A DNA stretch of 64,000 nt from Anaeromyxobacteraceae bacterium (GTDB taxonomy: Bacteria > Myxococcota > Myxococcia > Myxococcales > Anaeromyxobacteraceae): NCBI GenBank assembly GCA_035719345.1, contig DASTGH010000394.1, forward strand, positions 39,647 through 103,646, in the 5' to 3' direction. Position 1 is the first letter of the stretch, and each line of letters starts with the position of its first letter. This document shows positions 42,136 through 53,539 of this stretch, piece after piece. The notes beneath the pieces are model-generated. The model was not told where the DNA came from. It was given only the letters and a program-made list of their open reading frames with translations, and searched no databases. The translations under genes were made by a program, and so were the position numbers.

Positions 42136-43547
42136 TCAACCGCGCGCCGAGCGCGGCAGGAGCTGGTCCGCGACCTCCTCCAGCGCGCGCAGGTCGGTGA
42201 CCACCGCCACCCGATCCACCTTGCGGGCGTAGAGCGGCATCTCGCTGTCGCCCTGCCCCCAGGCCCACCGCTCCTCCGGGCAGATCCAGAGCAGGCGGCG
42301 GGCGCGCCGGCGCAGCTCGTCGAGCACCCAGGCGTGCGGCGGCAGGTAGTTGCTGCGGCCGTCGCCGATGACGAGCACGGTCGTGCGCCGGGTGACCGCG
42401 GAGCGGTGCCGGTCGTGGAACAGCTTCAGCGCGCGCCCGTAGTTGGAGTTGCCGTGGAGGCTGACGTGCCGCCCGGCGGTGGCGAGGTCGGCGGCGCGCG
42501 CGACGTCGCGCTCGGCGCGGAACGCGTCGGTGACCTCTCCCAGGTCGGAGACGAAGACGAAGCTCCGCACGCGCGTGAACCGCCCCTGGAGCGTGTGCAG
42601 GAAGAGCAGCATGAGGCGCGAGGCGTGCCGCACGGAGTCGGAGACGTCGCAGAGGACGACCAGGTCCGGCCGCTCCGGCCCTTGCGGCGGAAGGCGAGCC
42701 GCGCGGGGAGGCCGCCCCGGGCCATGTTCCGGCGCAGCGTGCGGCGCACGTGGAGCGCGCCGCGGCGGGCGCGGGCGCGCGAGGCGAGCCGCGCGCGCAA
42801 CCGCTCCGCCAGGCGCCGCACGGCCGTCTCCATCCGCGCCAGCTCCTCGCGCGAGGGCGCGCGCAGGCTGCCGGGCACGAGCGTCCGCCGCGCCCGCACC
42901 TGCATCCGCGCGCGCGCCTCCAGCTCCGCGTAGCGTCGCGCCGCCTCCTCGAGCGCGTCGAGCGCGGCGCGCAGCCGGCCGGAGACGAGGTCGAGGCCGC
43001 GGGCCGAGATGGGCCGCGCCCGCAGTCGCTCCTCGACACGCGCGAGGTCGGCGGCGGCCGCGCCCCCGCCCGCCGCCCCGAGGAGGCGCCGGCCGTAGAA
43101 GCCCACCTGCGCGGCGGTCCCGAGCGCGGAGAAGTCGATGGCGCGCGCCGCGCCCTCGAAGAGCCGGGCGACCGCGCCGCGCTCCCCGGTGAGCGCTGCC
43201 CGGGCCAGCGGCGAGAGCCCGCCCAGCATCTCGGAGAGCGCCAGCGCCGCCTCGCGCAGGTCGTCGCCGGCGAGGAGGCCCGGGCGCTCCAGCTCGGCGA
43301 GGACCCCGCGCTCCAGGCCGTCGAGGACGCGCCCCAGGCCCGAGAAGTAGGCATCGAACAGCTCGTCGAAGACGGGCACGTCGGCGGCGCGCTTCACCAG
43401 CGTCGCCCGGAGCGCGGCGCGCACCGAGGCGCGCTCGCCCAGCCCCGTGAGCGCCACCGCGCGCGCCCCGTCGGTCACCTCGGCCGGCGAGACGCGCACG
43501 CCGTTCTGGCGGAGGAGCCGGGCGAACTCGACGAGGCGGGCCTCCAT
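42136..43547 (-). pseudogene. CoxE-like vWA protein with a 1-nt frameshift near 42680
   Basis: 'LVEFARLLRQNGVRVSPAE...RRTLRRN' then, in another frame, 'PERPDLVVLCDVSDSV...IGDGRSN...WICPE...GDSEMPLY'. Confidence 0.8.
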
Positions 43548-43571
43548 CGCGCGACGTATAGTTTCCGGACG

Positions 43572-45164
43572 GTGAGCGCGCCCCTGGTCGAGCTCCGCGG
43601 CGTCACGGTCCTGCTCGGCGGGCGCGCCGCCCTCCGCGGCGCGACGTTCACGCTGCGCGAGGGGGAGTCGTGGGCGGTGCTCGGGCCGAACGGGTCGGGC
43701 AAGTCGACGCTGCTGCGCACGCTCCGGGGCGAGCTGTGGCCGCACCACGACGGCGGCGGGGAGCGGGTGTTCCACCTCTCCGGGGGGGCGGAGGAGAGCC
43801 CCATCGGCGTGCGGCTCCGGATCGGGCTCGTCTCGCCGGAGGGGCAGCAGGAGTACGCCCGGCGCGACTGGGCCCTCCCGGTCGAGGCGGTGGTGCGGAG
43901 CGGCTTCACGGACGAGGTGTGGCCCCCCGAGGCGGCGACGCCGGCGCAGGCGTCGCGCATCGCGGAGGTGCTGGCCGAGCTGGGGATCGCGGCCCTGGCG
44001 CGGCGCTCGGTGCTGGACCTGTCCTCGGGCGAGGCGCGCAAGGTCATGCTGGCGCGCGCGCTGGTGGGCCGGCCGCGGGCGCTCTTCCTCGACGAGCCCT
44101 GCCACGGCCTCGACGCGCCGTCGCGCGCGGCCTTCCTGGCGCTCGTCTCGGGCGTGGTGCGGAGGGGGCCCCCGATCGTGCTCGCGACGCACCGCTACGA
44201 GGAGCTCGTGCCGGAGATCGGGCGGGTGGCGGTGATGCACGGGGGGAGGATTTTGGCGCAGGGGAACCGCGAGGAGGTGCTGCACCGGCACCGACAGGCG
44301 GCCCGCGTGGGCCCTGCCCTCTCCCCGGCCCTCCCCCGCCCGCTGGCGGGGGAGGGGGATCCGCCTCCGACCTCCGACACCTCGACCGCTTCGATCGCAG
44401 ACGAGGTCGTTCGCCCTGAGCGTAGCGACGCGACAGCGTCGCGTAGTCGAAGGGCCCCCTCCCCCCTCTTCGTCCTCGAGCACGCGGACGTCCACGTCGA
44501 GGGGACGCCGGTGCTGCACGACCTCTCCTGGACCATCCGCCGCGGCGAGAGCTGGGCGGTCGTCGGGCCGAACGGCGCCGGGAAATCGACGCTGCTCCGC
44601 CTGCTCGTCGGCGACGAGCAGGCCATGCCCGGCGGCCGCGTGGCGCGGCTCTCGCTCGGCGAGCGCGCCGACGTGTGGGAGGTGAAGGCGCGCGTCGGCA
44701 TCGTCTCGCCCGAGCTGCAGGCGCGCCACCGGCAGGACCTCCCGGTCGACGACGTGGTGGCGTCCGGGTTCGGATCGAGCATCGGGCTCTCCGAGGAGCC
44801 GACGCCGGCGCAGCGCGCCGCCGCCGCGCGCGCGCTGGGCGAGCTGGGGGTGTCGCACCTCGCCGGGCGCCGCATCCACGGGCTCTCCTACGGTGAGCTG
44901 CGGCGGGTGCTGCTCGCCCGGGCGCTGGTCCGCGATCCCGACCTCCTCGTCCTCGACGAGCCGTGCGACGGCCTCGACCCGGAGAGCCGCCAGGCGCTGC
45001 TCGAGGCGGTGGAGCGGCTCGGCCGCGCCGGCCGCCAGGTCGTGCTCGTCACCCACCACCTCGAGGACCTCGTCCCGTCGATCACGCACGTCCTGGCGCT
45101 GGAGCGCGGGCGCGCCGTCTACCAGGGCCCGCGCGCGGGCTGGCACGCGGAGCGCCCGGCGTGA
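43572..45164 (+). CDS. modF: ABC ATPase with two nucleotide-binding domains (ModF-like)
   Basis: GPNGSGKST and GPNGAGKST; LSSGE and LSYGE; two LDEPC motifs. Confidence 0.8.
   Translation: MSAPLVELRGVTVLLGGRAALRGATFTLREGESWAVLGPNGSGKSTLLRTLRGELWPHHDGGGERVFHLSGGAEESPIGVRLRIGLVSPEGQQEYARRDWALPVEAVVRSGFTDEVWPPEAATPAQASRIAEVLAELGIAALARRSVLDLSSGEARKVMLARALVGRPRALFLDEPCHGLDAPSRAAFLALVSGVVRRGPPIVLATHRYEELVPEIGRVAVMHGGRILAQGNREEVLHRHRQAARVGPALSPALPRPLAGEGDPPPTSDTSTASIADEVVRPERSDATASRSRRAPSPLFVLEHADVHVEGTPVLHDLSWTIRRGESWAVVGPNGAGKSTLLRLLVGDEQAMPGGRVARLSLGERADVWEVKARVGIVSPELQARHRQDLPVDDVVASGFGSSIGLSEEPTPAQRAAAARALGELGVSHLAGRRIHGLSYGELRRVLLARALVRDPDLLVLDEPCDGLDPESRQALLEAVERLGRAGRQVVLVTHHLEDLVPSITHVLALERGRAVYQGPRAGWHAERPA
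44317..44455. repeat. Two palindromic REP-like elements in the inter-domain linker of the ModF-like gene
   Basis: CCCTCCCCCGCC-cgct-GGCGGGGGAGGG (family B, within 44317-44358) and a family A copy at 44408-44455. Confidence 0.7.
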
Positions 45165-46411
45165 CCGGCGCCATCGTCGGCACGTTCCTGGCCTTCTTCC
45201 TGGCGCAGGTCGCGGTCGAGATTGCGCTCTCCGCGCTCAACGTGCGGCACGTGCGGCGCGCCGGCGACGCGGTGCCCGCCCCGCTCGCCGGCGTCGTCGA
45301 CGCCGACACCGCCCGGCGCAGCCACGCTTACACGCTGGCGCGCGGGCGCTTCGGCATCGTGCACGCGCTGTGGGGCGCGGCGGTGGTCCTGGGGCTGCTC
45401 TTCTCCGGGCTCCTGCCCGCCATCGACGGCGCGCTGGGGCGGCTCGGGCTCACCGGCCCGCACCGCTTCGTCGCCTTCCTCGTCGCGCTCTCCGCCGTCT
45501 CCTCGCTCGCGCACCTGCCCTTCTCGCTGTGGAGCACCTTCGTCCTCGAGCAGCGCTTCGGGTTCAACCGCACCACGCTCGCGCTCTGGCTCGTGGACCG
45601 GGTGAAGGGCGCCCTCGTCGGCGCCGCGCTGGGCCTGCCGCTCCTCTACGCGGCGTACGGCCTCTTCGCGCTGGCGGGCGCCGCCTGGTGGCTGTGGCTC
45701 TTCGCGCTCCTCGCCGCCTGGCAGATCGCCATGACGTGGCTCGTCCCCACCGTCATCGCGCCGCTCTTCAACCGCTACGACCCGCTCCCCGAGGGGCCGC
45801 TCCGGGCCCGCCTCGAGGCGATGGCCCGCGACGCCGGCTTCCGCACCCGCGGGCTGTACGTGGTGGACGCCTCCCGGCGCTCCGGGCACTCCAACGCCTA
45901 CTTCGCCGGCTTCTTCCGCCCGCGCATCGTGCTCTTCGACACGCTCCTGCGCGAGATGACCGTGGACGAGACCGCGGCCGTCCTGGCGCACGAGATCGGC
46001 CACTACCGCGCGCGCCACGTCCACCGCCGGCTGGTGGTCGGGCTCGCGGCGCAGCTCCTGGCGCTCTTCGTGCTCTCCCGCCTCCTCGCCTGGCCGCCGC
46101 TCTTCCACGCCTTCGGCTTCGCCGCGCCCTCGCTGCACGCCGCGCTCGCCCTCACCGCGCTCGGCGGCGGCGCCTTCACGTTCTTCCTGGCGCCGCTGGA
46201 GAGCTGGTGGTCGCGGCGCCACGAGTACGAGGCGGATCGCTACTCGGTCCGCATCGCCCGGGTGCCGGAGGCGCTGCGCTCCGCGCTCGTCAAGCTGAAC
46301 GGCCAGAACCTCTCCAACCTCCACCCGCACCCGTGGTACAGCGCCTGGAACTACAGCCATCCGCCGCTCGTCGAGCGCCTCGCCGCGCTGGAGCGCGCCG
46401 CCCCCGGGTAG
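45161..46411 (+). CDS. M48 (Ste24-like) metallopeptidase
   Basis: 'NAYFAG', 'LAHEIGH', 'EYEAD', 'YSHPPLVERL'. Confidence 0.93.
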   Translation: MTGAIVGTFLAFFLAQVAVEIALSALNVRHVRRAGDAVPAPLAGVVDADTARRSHAYTLARGRFGIVHALWGAAVVLGLLFSGLLPAIDGALGRLGLTGPHRFVAFLVALSAVSSLAHLPFSLWSTFVLEQRFGFNRTTLALWLVDRVKGALVGAALGLPLLYAAYGLFALAGAAWWLWLFALLAAWQIAMTWLVPTVIAPLFNRYDPLPEGPLRARLEAMARDAGFRTRGLYVVDASRRSGHSNAYFAGFFRPRIVLFDTLLREMTVDETAAVLAHEIGHYRARHVHRRLVVGLAAQLLALFVLSRLLAWPPLFHAFGFAAPSLHAALALTALGGGAFTFFLAPLESWWSRRHEYEADRYSVRIARVPEALRSALVKLNGQNLSNLHPHPWYSAWNYSHPPLVERLAALERAAPG

Positions 46412-47324
46412 CGGCGCCCGGGGCCAGCCGGAGGACGGTGCCCACGCCGGCGTAGAGGTAGCGATCCCCGAAGGCGTCGCGCAGGGCGGCGAAGGTCGGC
46501 TCGCCGGTGCAGTGCCCCGGCGCGATGGCGTCGACCGGGCCGTCGCGCAGCGCCCGCACCACGCGCGCGATGACGTCGTCCTGCGCCACCACCAGGTGCA
46601 GCCCGCCGGCCACGACCCGCACCCGCCTCGGGATGGCCTCCACCGCCGCCGCCACGATGGCCTCGATGCCCGGGTGCGAGCAGCCCACCACCAGCACGAT
46701 GCCCTGCGGCGTGTCGAGGGCGAGGGACAGCTCCTTCAGCTCCTTCGTGCCCGGCGCGTCGGAGACGAGCGCGACGAGCCAGACGCCCGGCGCCACCTGG
46801 GTGGTGCGATCGACGAGCTCGAAGCGCGCGCTCGGCCAGGCGGCGCCGAAGTGCAGCACCTCCGGCGGCTGGCCGTCGAAGTAGCGCATCTCGGGCGGCA
46901 GCCCCGGATCGCGCCGGTAGAAGCTCCCCGGGAGCGATCCGCCGTAGACGCCGAAGCCCTCCTTGGGCGCGTAGATGCGGACGCCAGGGTTCACCGACAG
47001 CAGGTGGGCGAGCCCGCCCATGTGGTCGCCGTGGCGGTGCGACATCACGACGAAGTCGAGCGCGCGCAGGTCCACCCCGGCGGCGCGGACGTTGGCGGCG
47101 AGGATGGCGGGGTCGTCGCCGGTGTCGAAGAGGATGCGCCGCCCGCCCACCTCGACGAGCGCGGCGTAGCCCCAGTCCTTCTTCATGGCGGGATCGCGCC
47201 CGAACGCGTCGTAGAGGATGGTGATCCGGTCGCCGGCGGGCGGGGCCGGCGGCGGATGACCGCCCGCGGCGCAGCCGAGGACGAGGCCGCAGCAGAGGAG
47301 GAGGACCGAACCGGCGTCGCGCAT
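46290..47324 (-). CDS. MBL-fold metallo-hydrolase, lipoprotein
   Basis: 'ILFDTG', 'SHRHGDHMGG', 'GCSHPG', 'GGLHL', 'PGHCTG'; GGAGG RBS. Confidence 0.88.
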   Translation of the reverse strand: MRDAGSVLLLCCGLVLGCAAGGHPPPAPPAGDRITILYDAFGRDPAMKKDWGYAALVEVGGRRILFDTGDDPAILAANVRAAGVDLRALDFVVMSHRHGDHMGGLAHLLSVNPGVRIYAPKEGFGVYGGSLPGSFYRRDPGLPPEMRYFDGQPPEVLHFGAAWPSARFELVDRTTQVAPGVWLVALVSDAPGTKELKELSLALDTPQGIVLVVGCSHPGIEAIVAAAVEAIPRRVRVVAGGLHLVVAQDDVIARVVRALRDGPVDAIAPGHCTGEPTFAALRDAFGDRYLYAGVGTVLRLAPGAATRGRRAPARRGARRAADGCSSRRCTTGAGGGWRGSGRSA

Positions 47325-47395
47325 GGCACCTCCGGCCCCCCGGCGCGGGGTGTGGTCCGCCCCGGCCGCGGCGGCCAGGCCCAGGTGGGCTGGGC

Positions 47396-48751
47396 TCACG
47401 GCACGAGGAGCGCGATGGCCTCCAGGTGGTGCGTCTGGGGGAACATGTCGAGCGGCCGCACCGCCTCCACCCGGTAGCCGGCCTCCACGCAGGCGCGCAC
47501 GTCGCGCGCGAAGGTGGCGGGGTCGCAGGAGACGTAGACGGCGCGCGGCGAGCCGAGGTCGCGCAGCGCGGGCCCGAGCCCCTTCGCCCCCTCCCGCGGC
47601 GGGTCGAGCAGCACCGCGTCGAAGCGGCGGGCCGAGGGGCCCCGCTCCCGCGCGAAGGCGCGCGCCAGCGCCAGCGCGTCCCCGGCGAAGAAGCGCACCG
47701 CCGCGCCCACCGTGGAGGTGCGCCCGTCGGCGACGTCGGCGCGGGCGAGGTCCAGCGCCGGGCCCTGCACCTCGACGGCGTGCACGCCGCGGGCGCGCGC
47801 CGCGAGCGGCCCGGTGAAGTTGCCCGCTCCACAGAAGAGCTCCAGCACCTCGGCGCGCTCCGGGCGGAGCAGGCGCAGCGCCTCGGCCACGAGCAGCGCA
47901 TTCGCCCCGCGGTTCGCCTGCGCGAAGACGTCCGGCCGCGAGCGCTGCAGGCCGGAGGCGGGGTCGCCGGGGCGCCGCTCGTGGCGGAGGACGGGCTCGC
48001 CCACCAGGAGCGGCGGCGCGCCCTCGGCGGTGAGCACCGCGCCGGCGAGCGCGGGCAGCGCGGCGAGGAGCGCCTCGGCCCGGTCGCGGGCCGCGGGAGC
48101 GAGCGCCGGGAGCTGCAGCCACGCCGCCCCGCGCCCGTCGTGGCGCGACCACTCCAGCGTGACCTCGCGCGGCGCGAGGCGGGCCGCGGCCAGCGCCGGG
48201 CCCGCCGCCTCGCGCAGGGCGTCGAGCTCGGCCTCGAGGAGGTGGCACTCGGCCAGCGGCACCGCCTCGTGCGAGCGGCGGCGGAAGAAGGCGAGGCGGC
48301 CGCTGGCGCGGTCGAGGTGGAACTTGGCCCGGGAGCGGTAGCGGTGCGGCGACGGCGAGGGGATGGCGGGGAGCGCCTCGTACGCGCCCTCCTCCAGCCG
48401 GCCGATGCGCCGCAGCGCCTCGCGCAGCGCGCGCTCCTTGGCGCGGAGCTGCCGCTCGTAGTCGAGGTGCAGCCACTCGCAGCCGCCGCAGCCGCGCTGC
48501 TCGCCGGGGCGCTGCGGGCCGAAGTGGGAGCAGGGCGGCGGGACGCGGTCGCGGCCCGGGTGGAGGACGCGGAGGAGCGAGGCGTGGGCGGCGGGCCCTC
48601 TCCCCGCCGGCGCGTCCGTCGGCGCGCCCGCTTCGACCTCGACGCGATCGCCCGGCGCCGCGAACGGCACGAACACCGCGCGGCCGTCCGGCCCACGGCC
48701 CACGCCCTCGCCCCCGGGAGCGAGGTCCTCGATGTCGAGCGTGAGCGGCAC
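47396..48751 (-). CDS. rlmD: 23S rRNA m5U methyltransferase (RlmD/TrmA family)
   Basis: TRAM domain, 'C..F...CGGCEW', 'FAQAN', 'LDPPREG', 'YVSCDPAT', 'DMFPQTHHLE'. Confidence 0.88.
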   Translation of the reverse strand: MPLTLDIEDLAPGGEGVGRGPDGRAVFVPFAAPGDRVEVEAGAPTDAPAGRGPAAHASLLRVLHPGRDRVPPPCSHFGPQRPGEQRGCGGCEWLHLDYERQLRAKERALREALRRIGRLEEGAYEALPAIPSPSPHRYRSRAKFHLDRASGRLAFFRRRSHEAVPLAECHLLEAELDALREAAGPALAAARLAPREVTLEWSRHDGRGAAWLQLPALAPAARDRAEALLAALPALAGAVLTAEGAPPLLVGEPVLRHERRPGDPASGLQRSRPDVFAQANRGANALLVAEALRLLRPERAEVLELFCGAGNFTGPLAARARGVHAVEVQGPALDLARADVADGRTSTVGAAVRFFAGDALALARAFARERGPSARRFDAVLLDPPREGAKGLGPALRDLGSPRAVYVSCDPATFARDVRACVEAGYRVEAVRPLDMFPQTHHLEAIALLVP

Positions 48752-48760
48752 TCCCGGGTC

Positions 48761-49126
48761 TTACCCGGCCCCGAGGTCCTTCCGCAGCTTCTCCACGAAC
48801 GACTCGATGCGCTGGCGCTTCTCGCCGTCGAGCTCGGTGAACTCGATGCCCATCCCGGGCGCCGTGTTGAGGTGGTTGTCCCAGGCGCAGACGCGCGCCA
48901 CGCGGCCCATCATGTCGAAGGGGAAGTCGGCGCCGGGGAGCTGGATGATGAGCTTCACCACGGTGCCGACCGGGAGCGGCTTGCGGGTGTTGATGAAGAG
49001 CCCGCCGTGGCTGATGTTCGTGGCCCAGTCGGTGAGGAAGCTCCCGACCGTCCGGTAGGCGACCGGCAGCTCGTGCTGGAGCCGCTGCGCGCGCCGCCGG
49101 TTCGGGCCACTCCCTTGCATGTTCAC
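48761..49126 (-). CDS. PilZ-domain protein (myxobacterial TIGR02266-like)
   Basis: 'RRAQR', 'NISHGGLFI.T..PLPVGT', 'PGMGIEF'. Confidence 0.9.
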   Translation of the reverse strand: MNMQGSGPNRRRAQRLQHELPVAYRTVGSFLTDWATNISHGGLFINTRKPLPVGTVVKLIIQLPGADFPFDMMGRVARVCAWDNHLNTAPGMGIEFTELDGEKRQRIESFVEKLRKDLGAG

Positions 49127-49979
49127 CCGAGTGTAGCAGGGCGGTGCGGAGAGTCCACCGGCGGCTCACGGCGAAGCCGGACGACCACCTCCGCGCCGCG
49201 CGCGATGCCGCGGGCCGCGGCGCTCCCCTCTCGCACCGCGATCTCGACGCGCCCGCCGCTGCCGAGGAGCGCGACGAGCTCGCCAGGGGCGCCCTCGCCG
49301 AAGGTGCGCACCCAGCGCGCCGCGGCGCCTGCCACCTCCGCCGACACCGGCGCGGCGCCGGCCAGGTCCTCGGCCCGGATGCTGGTGAGCACGTTGCCGA
49401 AGCGATCGGCCGCCATGCACGTCCCGGCCACGAGATCGCCCTCGCGGACGGCGCCCGGCCAGGGCAGGCGCAGCGCGTCGCGCACCTCCGGCCCGAGGGC
49501 CTCGGGCGCGCCGCCGCCGGCGAGGAAGGCCGCCACCGGCGCGAAGAGATCGCGGCCGTGGAAGGTGGCCGAGGCGGGCGCCGGCACGTGCCGCGGGTCG
49601 GAGAGCACGAAGGCGCGGCCGCCCTCGAGGAAGGGGGTGAAGAGGCCGTTGTCGGGGCCGACCAGCCGCCGCCCCACCCCGTCGACCACGCACAGCGGCC
49701 GGCGCGCGGTGCCGACGCCCGGGTCCACCACCCCGAGGTGCACCGCCTGCGGCGGGAAGCGCGGCACGCACGCCTCGAGCAGGAGCGCGCCGGCGAGGAC
49801 GTCGTAGGCCGGGACGTCGTGCGACACGTCGACGAGCTGCACGTCGGGCAGCGCCGCGAGCACGACGCCCTTCATCTGCGCGGGGTAGCCGGAGCCGGCG
49901 CCGAAGTCGGTGAGGAGCGTGACGATCGGGCGGGGAGCCTGCCCTGAGCGTAGGTCGCGCAGCGGCCGGAGTCGAAGGG

Positions 49980-49983
<4 letters not shown>
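49123..49983 (-). CDS. SAM hydroxide adenosyltransferase / chlorinase-fluorinase (DUF62) family
   Basis: 'TLLTDFG', 'VVDPGVGT.R', 'GPDNG', 'TFHGRD.FAP', 'DRFGN'. Confidence 0.92.
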
Positions 49984-50636
<653 letters not shown>

Positions 50637-50640
50637 CGGT

Positions 50641-51336
50641 TCACCTCGGCCGGAGCGTCCGGCGCTCGATGGGCTTCTGGTAGTCCTTGCCGCGCACCAG
50701 GCGCTGCACGTAGATGGACGGGACGTGCACCTGGTCCGGGTCGAGCTTCCCCACCGGGACGATCTCCTCCACCTCGACGATGGTCACCTTCGCCGCGCCG
50801 CACATGACGGGGTTGAAGTTGCGCGCCGTGCGCCGGAAGACGAGGTTGCCCCAGGGATCGGCCCGCAGCGCCTTGACGAGCGCGAAGTCGGCGCGCAGCG
50901 GCAGCTCGAGCAGGTACTCGCGGCCGGCGATGACGCGGGTCTCCTTGCCCTTGGCCACCTCGGTGCCGACGCCGGTGGCGGTGTAGAAGCCGCCGATGCC
51001 GGCGGCGCCGGCGCGGATGCGCTCGGCCAGCGTGCCCTGCGGGTTCAGCTCCACCTCCAGCTCGCCGGAGAGGAACTGGCGCTCGAACTCCTTGTTCTCG
51101 CCCACGTACGAGGCGACCATCTTCCGGAGCTGGCGCTGCTTGAGGAGCACGCCCAGGCCGAGGTCGGTCGTGCCGCAGTTGTTGGAGATGATGGTGAGGT
51201 TCCGCGCGCCCTTGCGGGCGAGCGCGGCGATGAGGTTCTCCGGGTTCCCGCACAGGCCGAACCCGCCCACCATCACCGTGGCGCCGTCCTGGAGGTCGTG
51301 GATGGCCTCGTCGGCGGAGGCGACGATCTTGTCCAT
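50641..51336 (-). CDS. scoA: 3-oxoacid CoA-transferase subunit A
   Basis: '[10 protein letters not shown]', '[12 protein letters not shown]', 'ARNFNP'. Confidence 0.93.
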   Translation of the reverse strand: MDKIVASADEAIHDLQDGATVMVGGFGLCGNPENLIAALARKGARNLTIISNNCGTTDLGLGVLLKQRQLRKMVASYVGENKEFERQFLSGELEVELNPQGTLAERIRAGAAGIGGFYTATGVGTEVAKGKETRVIAGREYLLELPLRADFALVKALRADPWGNLVFRRTARNFNPVMCGAAKVTIVEVEEIVPVGKLDPDQVHVPSIYVQRLVRGKDYQKPIERRTLRPR

Positions 51337-51347
51337 CGGGCGCTCCC

Positions 51348-52529
51348 CTACCGCTCCACCACCAGCGCCACCGCCTCGCCGCCGCCGATGCAGAGCGTGG
51401 CGAGGCCGCGCTTCTTGCCCAGGTCCTTCATGGCGTGCAGGAGCGTCACCAGGATGCGAGCGCCGCTCGCGCCGATGGGGTGGCCGAGGACCACGGCGCC
51501 GCCCCGCACGTTGACGTTCCTGCCGTCGAGCCCGATGAGCCGGTTGTTCGCGACCGACACGACCGCGAAGGCCTCGTTGATCTCCCAGAGGTCGACGTCC
51601 CTCGGCTGCAGGCCCGCCTTGCCGAGCACGGTCTTCACCGCGTCGGCCGGGGCGATGGTGAACTCGGCCGGCTTGCGGGCGGCGCCGCCCCAGGCGCCGA
51701 GGCGCGCCAGGACCGGGCGGCCTTCCTTCCTCGCCCGCTCCGCGCTCATGAGCACGAGCGCGGCCGCGCCGTCGTTGATGGACGAGGCGTTGGCGGCGGT
51801 GACCGTGCCGTCCTTCTTGAAGACGGGCCTGAGCGACGGGATCTTGTCGGGCCGGGCCGACCTCGGCCCCTCGTCGTCGGCGACGACCGTCTTCTCGCCC
51901 TTCTTGCCCTCGATCTCCACGGCGACGATCTCGGCCTGGAAGGCGCCCGCCTTCTGCGCCTCGATGGCGCGGCGGGTGGACTCCTGCGCGTACTCGTCCT
52001 GCTGCGCGCGGGAGATGCCCTGGCTCTCGGCGCAGGCCTCGGCGCACATGCCCATGTGCACGCGATCGTACGGGTCCCACAGGCCGTCGTGGATCATGCC
52101 GTCGACGAGCTCGACGTTGCCCATGCGCGCGCCGCTGCGGGCGGACCGGTCGTAGTAGGGCACGTTCGACATCGACTCCATGCCGCCGGCGACCACCACC
52201 TCGGCGTCGCCGAGCGCGATGGCCTGCGCCGCGGAGATGACCGCCTTGAGGCCCGAGCCGCACACCTTGTTGAGGGTCCACGCCGGGGTGGGATCGGGGA
52301 TGCCGGCGTAGCGGGCCGCCTGCCGCGCGGGCGCCTGGCCCTCGCCGGCCTGCAGCACGTTCCCCATGATCACCTCGTCCACCGCGCCCGGTTCGACGCC
52401 GGAGCGCCTCAGCGCCTCGCGGATGGCGACCGCGCCGAGCCGGGTCGCGGGCACGCTCGCCAGCGAGCCGAGGAACGAGCCGATGGGCGTCCGCGCCGCC
52501 CCGGCGATCACCACCTCGCGACCCGCCAT
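51348..52529 (-). CDS. Acetyl-CoA C-acetyltransferase (thiolase)
   Basis: 'NKVCGSG', 'NEAFA', 'GHPIGASG', 'CIGGG'. Confidence 0.96.
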   Translation of the reverse strand: MAGREVVIAGAARTPIGSFLGSLASVPATRLGAVAIREALRRSGVEPGAVDEVIMGNVLQAGEGQAPARQAARYAGIPDPTPAWTLNKVCGSGLKAVISAAQAIALGDAEVVVAGGMESMSNVPYYDRSARSGARMGNVELVDGMIHDGLWDPYDRVHMGMCAEACAESQGISRAQQDEYAQESTRRAIEAQKAGAFQAEIVAVEIEGKKGEKTVVADDEGPRSARPDKIPSLRPVFKKDGTVTAANASSINDGAAALVLMSAERARKEGRPVLARLGAWGGAARKPAEFTIAPADAVKTVLGKAGLQPRDVDLWEINEAFAVVSVANNRLIGLDGRNVNVRGGAVVLGHPIGASGARILVTLLHAMKDLGKKRGLATLCIGGGEAVALVVER

Positions 52530-52621
52530 GAGTGCCTCCCGTGCGTGATAGGTTGCCGGCTCTCTAAGGATAGGCGGGCGCGGGCGCCACGCGCCGAGCG
52601 CTCTTGGGGGTGGCGAGGAAC

Positions 52622-53533
52622 ATGACCGCGATCACGCCCTGCATCCTGGTCCACGGCGGCGCCGGCAACCTCTCCGCCGACGATCCGGCCTCGTCGGGCG
52701 GCGCGGACGCGCCGCGGCTCGCCGGCGTGCGCGAGGCGGCGCGCCGCGGGTGGGAGGTGCTGGCCGCCGGCGGCAGCGCGCTCGACGCGGTCGAGGTCGC
52801 GGTGCGCTGGCTGGAGGACGACCCCACCTACAACGCCGGCACGGGGGCGACGCTCACGGCGACGGGCGAGGCGGAGCTCGACGCCTCGATCATGGACGGC
52901 GCGACGCTCCGCGCCGGCGCGGTCGCGGCGGTGAAGGACGTGAAGAACCCGGTGACGCTGGCGCGGCGGGTGATGGAGCGGAGCGAGCACGTGTTCCTGG
53001 CGGGCCCGGGCGCGTCGGCCTTCGCGCGCGAGGTCGGGATCCCGGAGCACGCGAACGCGCTGCTGGTGACGGCGCGCCAGCGGGAGCGCTGGGAGCGGCT
53101 CTCGCGCGCGGCGGCGGCGCCGCCGGACGGGCACGGCACGGTGGGCGCGGTGGCGCGCGACGCGAGCGGCCACCTCGCCGCGGCGACCTCCACCGGCGGC
53201 ACGGCCATGAAGCGGCCCGGGCGCGTCGGCGACACGCCGGTCATCGGCGCGGGCACCTACGCCGACGACGCGCTGGCGGCGGTCTCGTGCACCGGCCACG
53301 GCGAGAGCATCCTCCGCCTCACCCTGGCGCGGCACGCCGCCGACCTGGCGGCGGGTGGGCTCGCGCCCATGGAGGCGGCGCGGGAGGCCGTGCGCCGCCT
53401 GGCGGCGCGGGTGCGGGGCTCGGGCGGCCTCATCCTGCTCTCGCGGACCGGCGGGCCCGGGTTCGCGCACAACACCGAGGTCATGGCGCGCGCGTGGACG
53501 CGCGAGGACGGGACCGTCGTCGCGGAGCTGTAG
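52622..53533 (+). CDS. Isoaspartyl peptidase / L-asparaginase
   Basis: 'VHGGAG', 'LEDDP.YNAG', 'GTVGAVA', 'TSTGG', 'GRVGDTP', 'TGHGE'. Confidence 0.94.
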   Translation: MTAITPCILVHGGAGNLSADDPASSGGADAPRLAGVREAARRGWEVLAAGGSALDAVEVAVRWLEDDPTYNAGTGATLTATGEAELDASIMDGATLRAGAVAAVKDVKNPVTLARRVMERSEHVFLAGPGASAFAREVGIPEHANALLVTARQRERWERLSRAAAAPPDGHGTVGAVARDASGHLAAATSTGGTAMKRPGRVGDTPVIGAGTYADDALAAVSCTGHGESILRLTLARHAADLAAGGLAPMEAAREAVRRLAARVRGSGGLILLSRTGGPGFAHNTEVMARAWTREDGTVVAEL

Positions 53534-53539
53534 CGCGGA

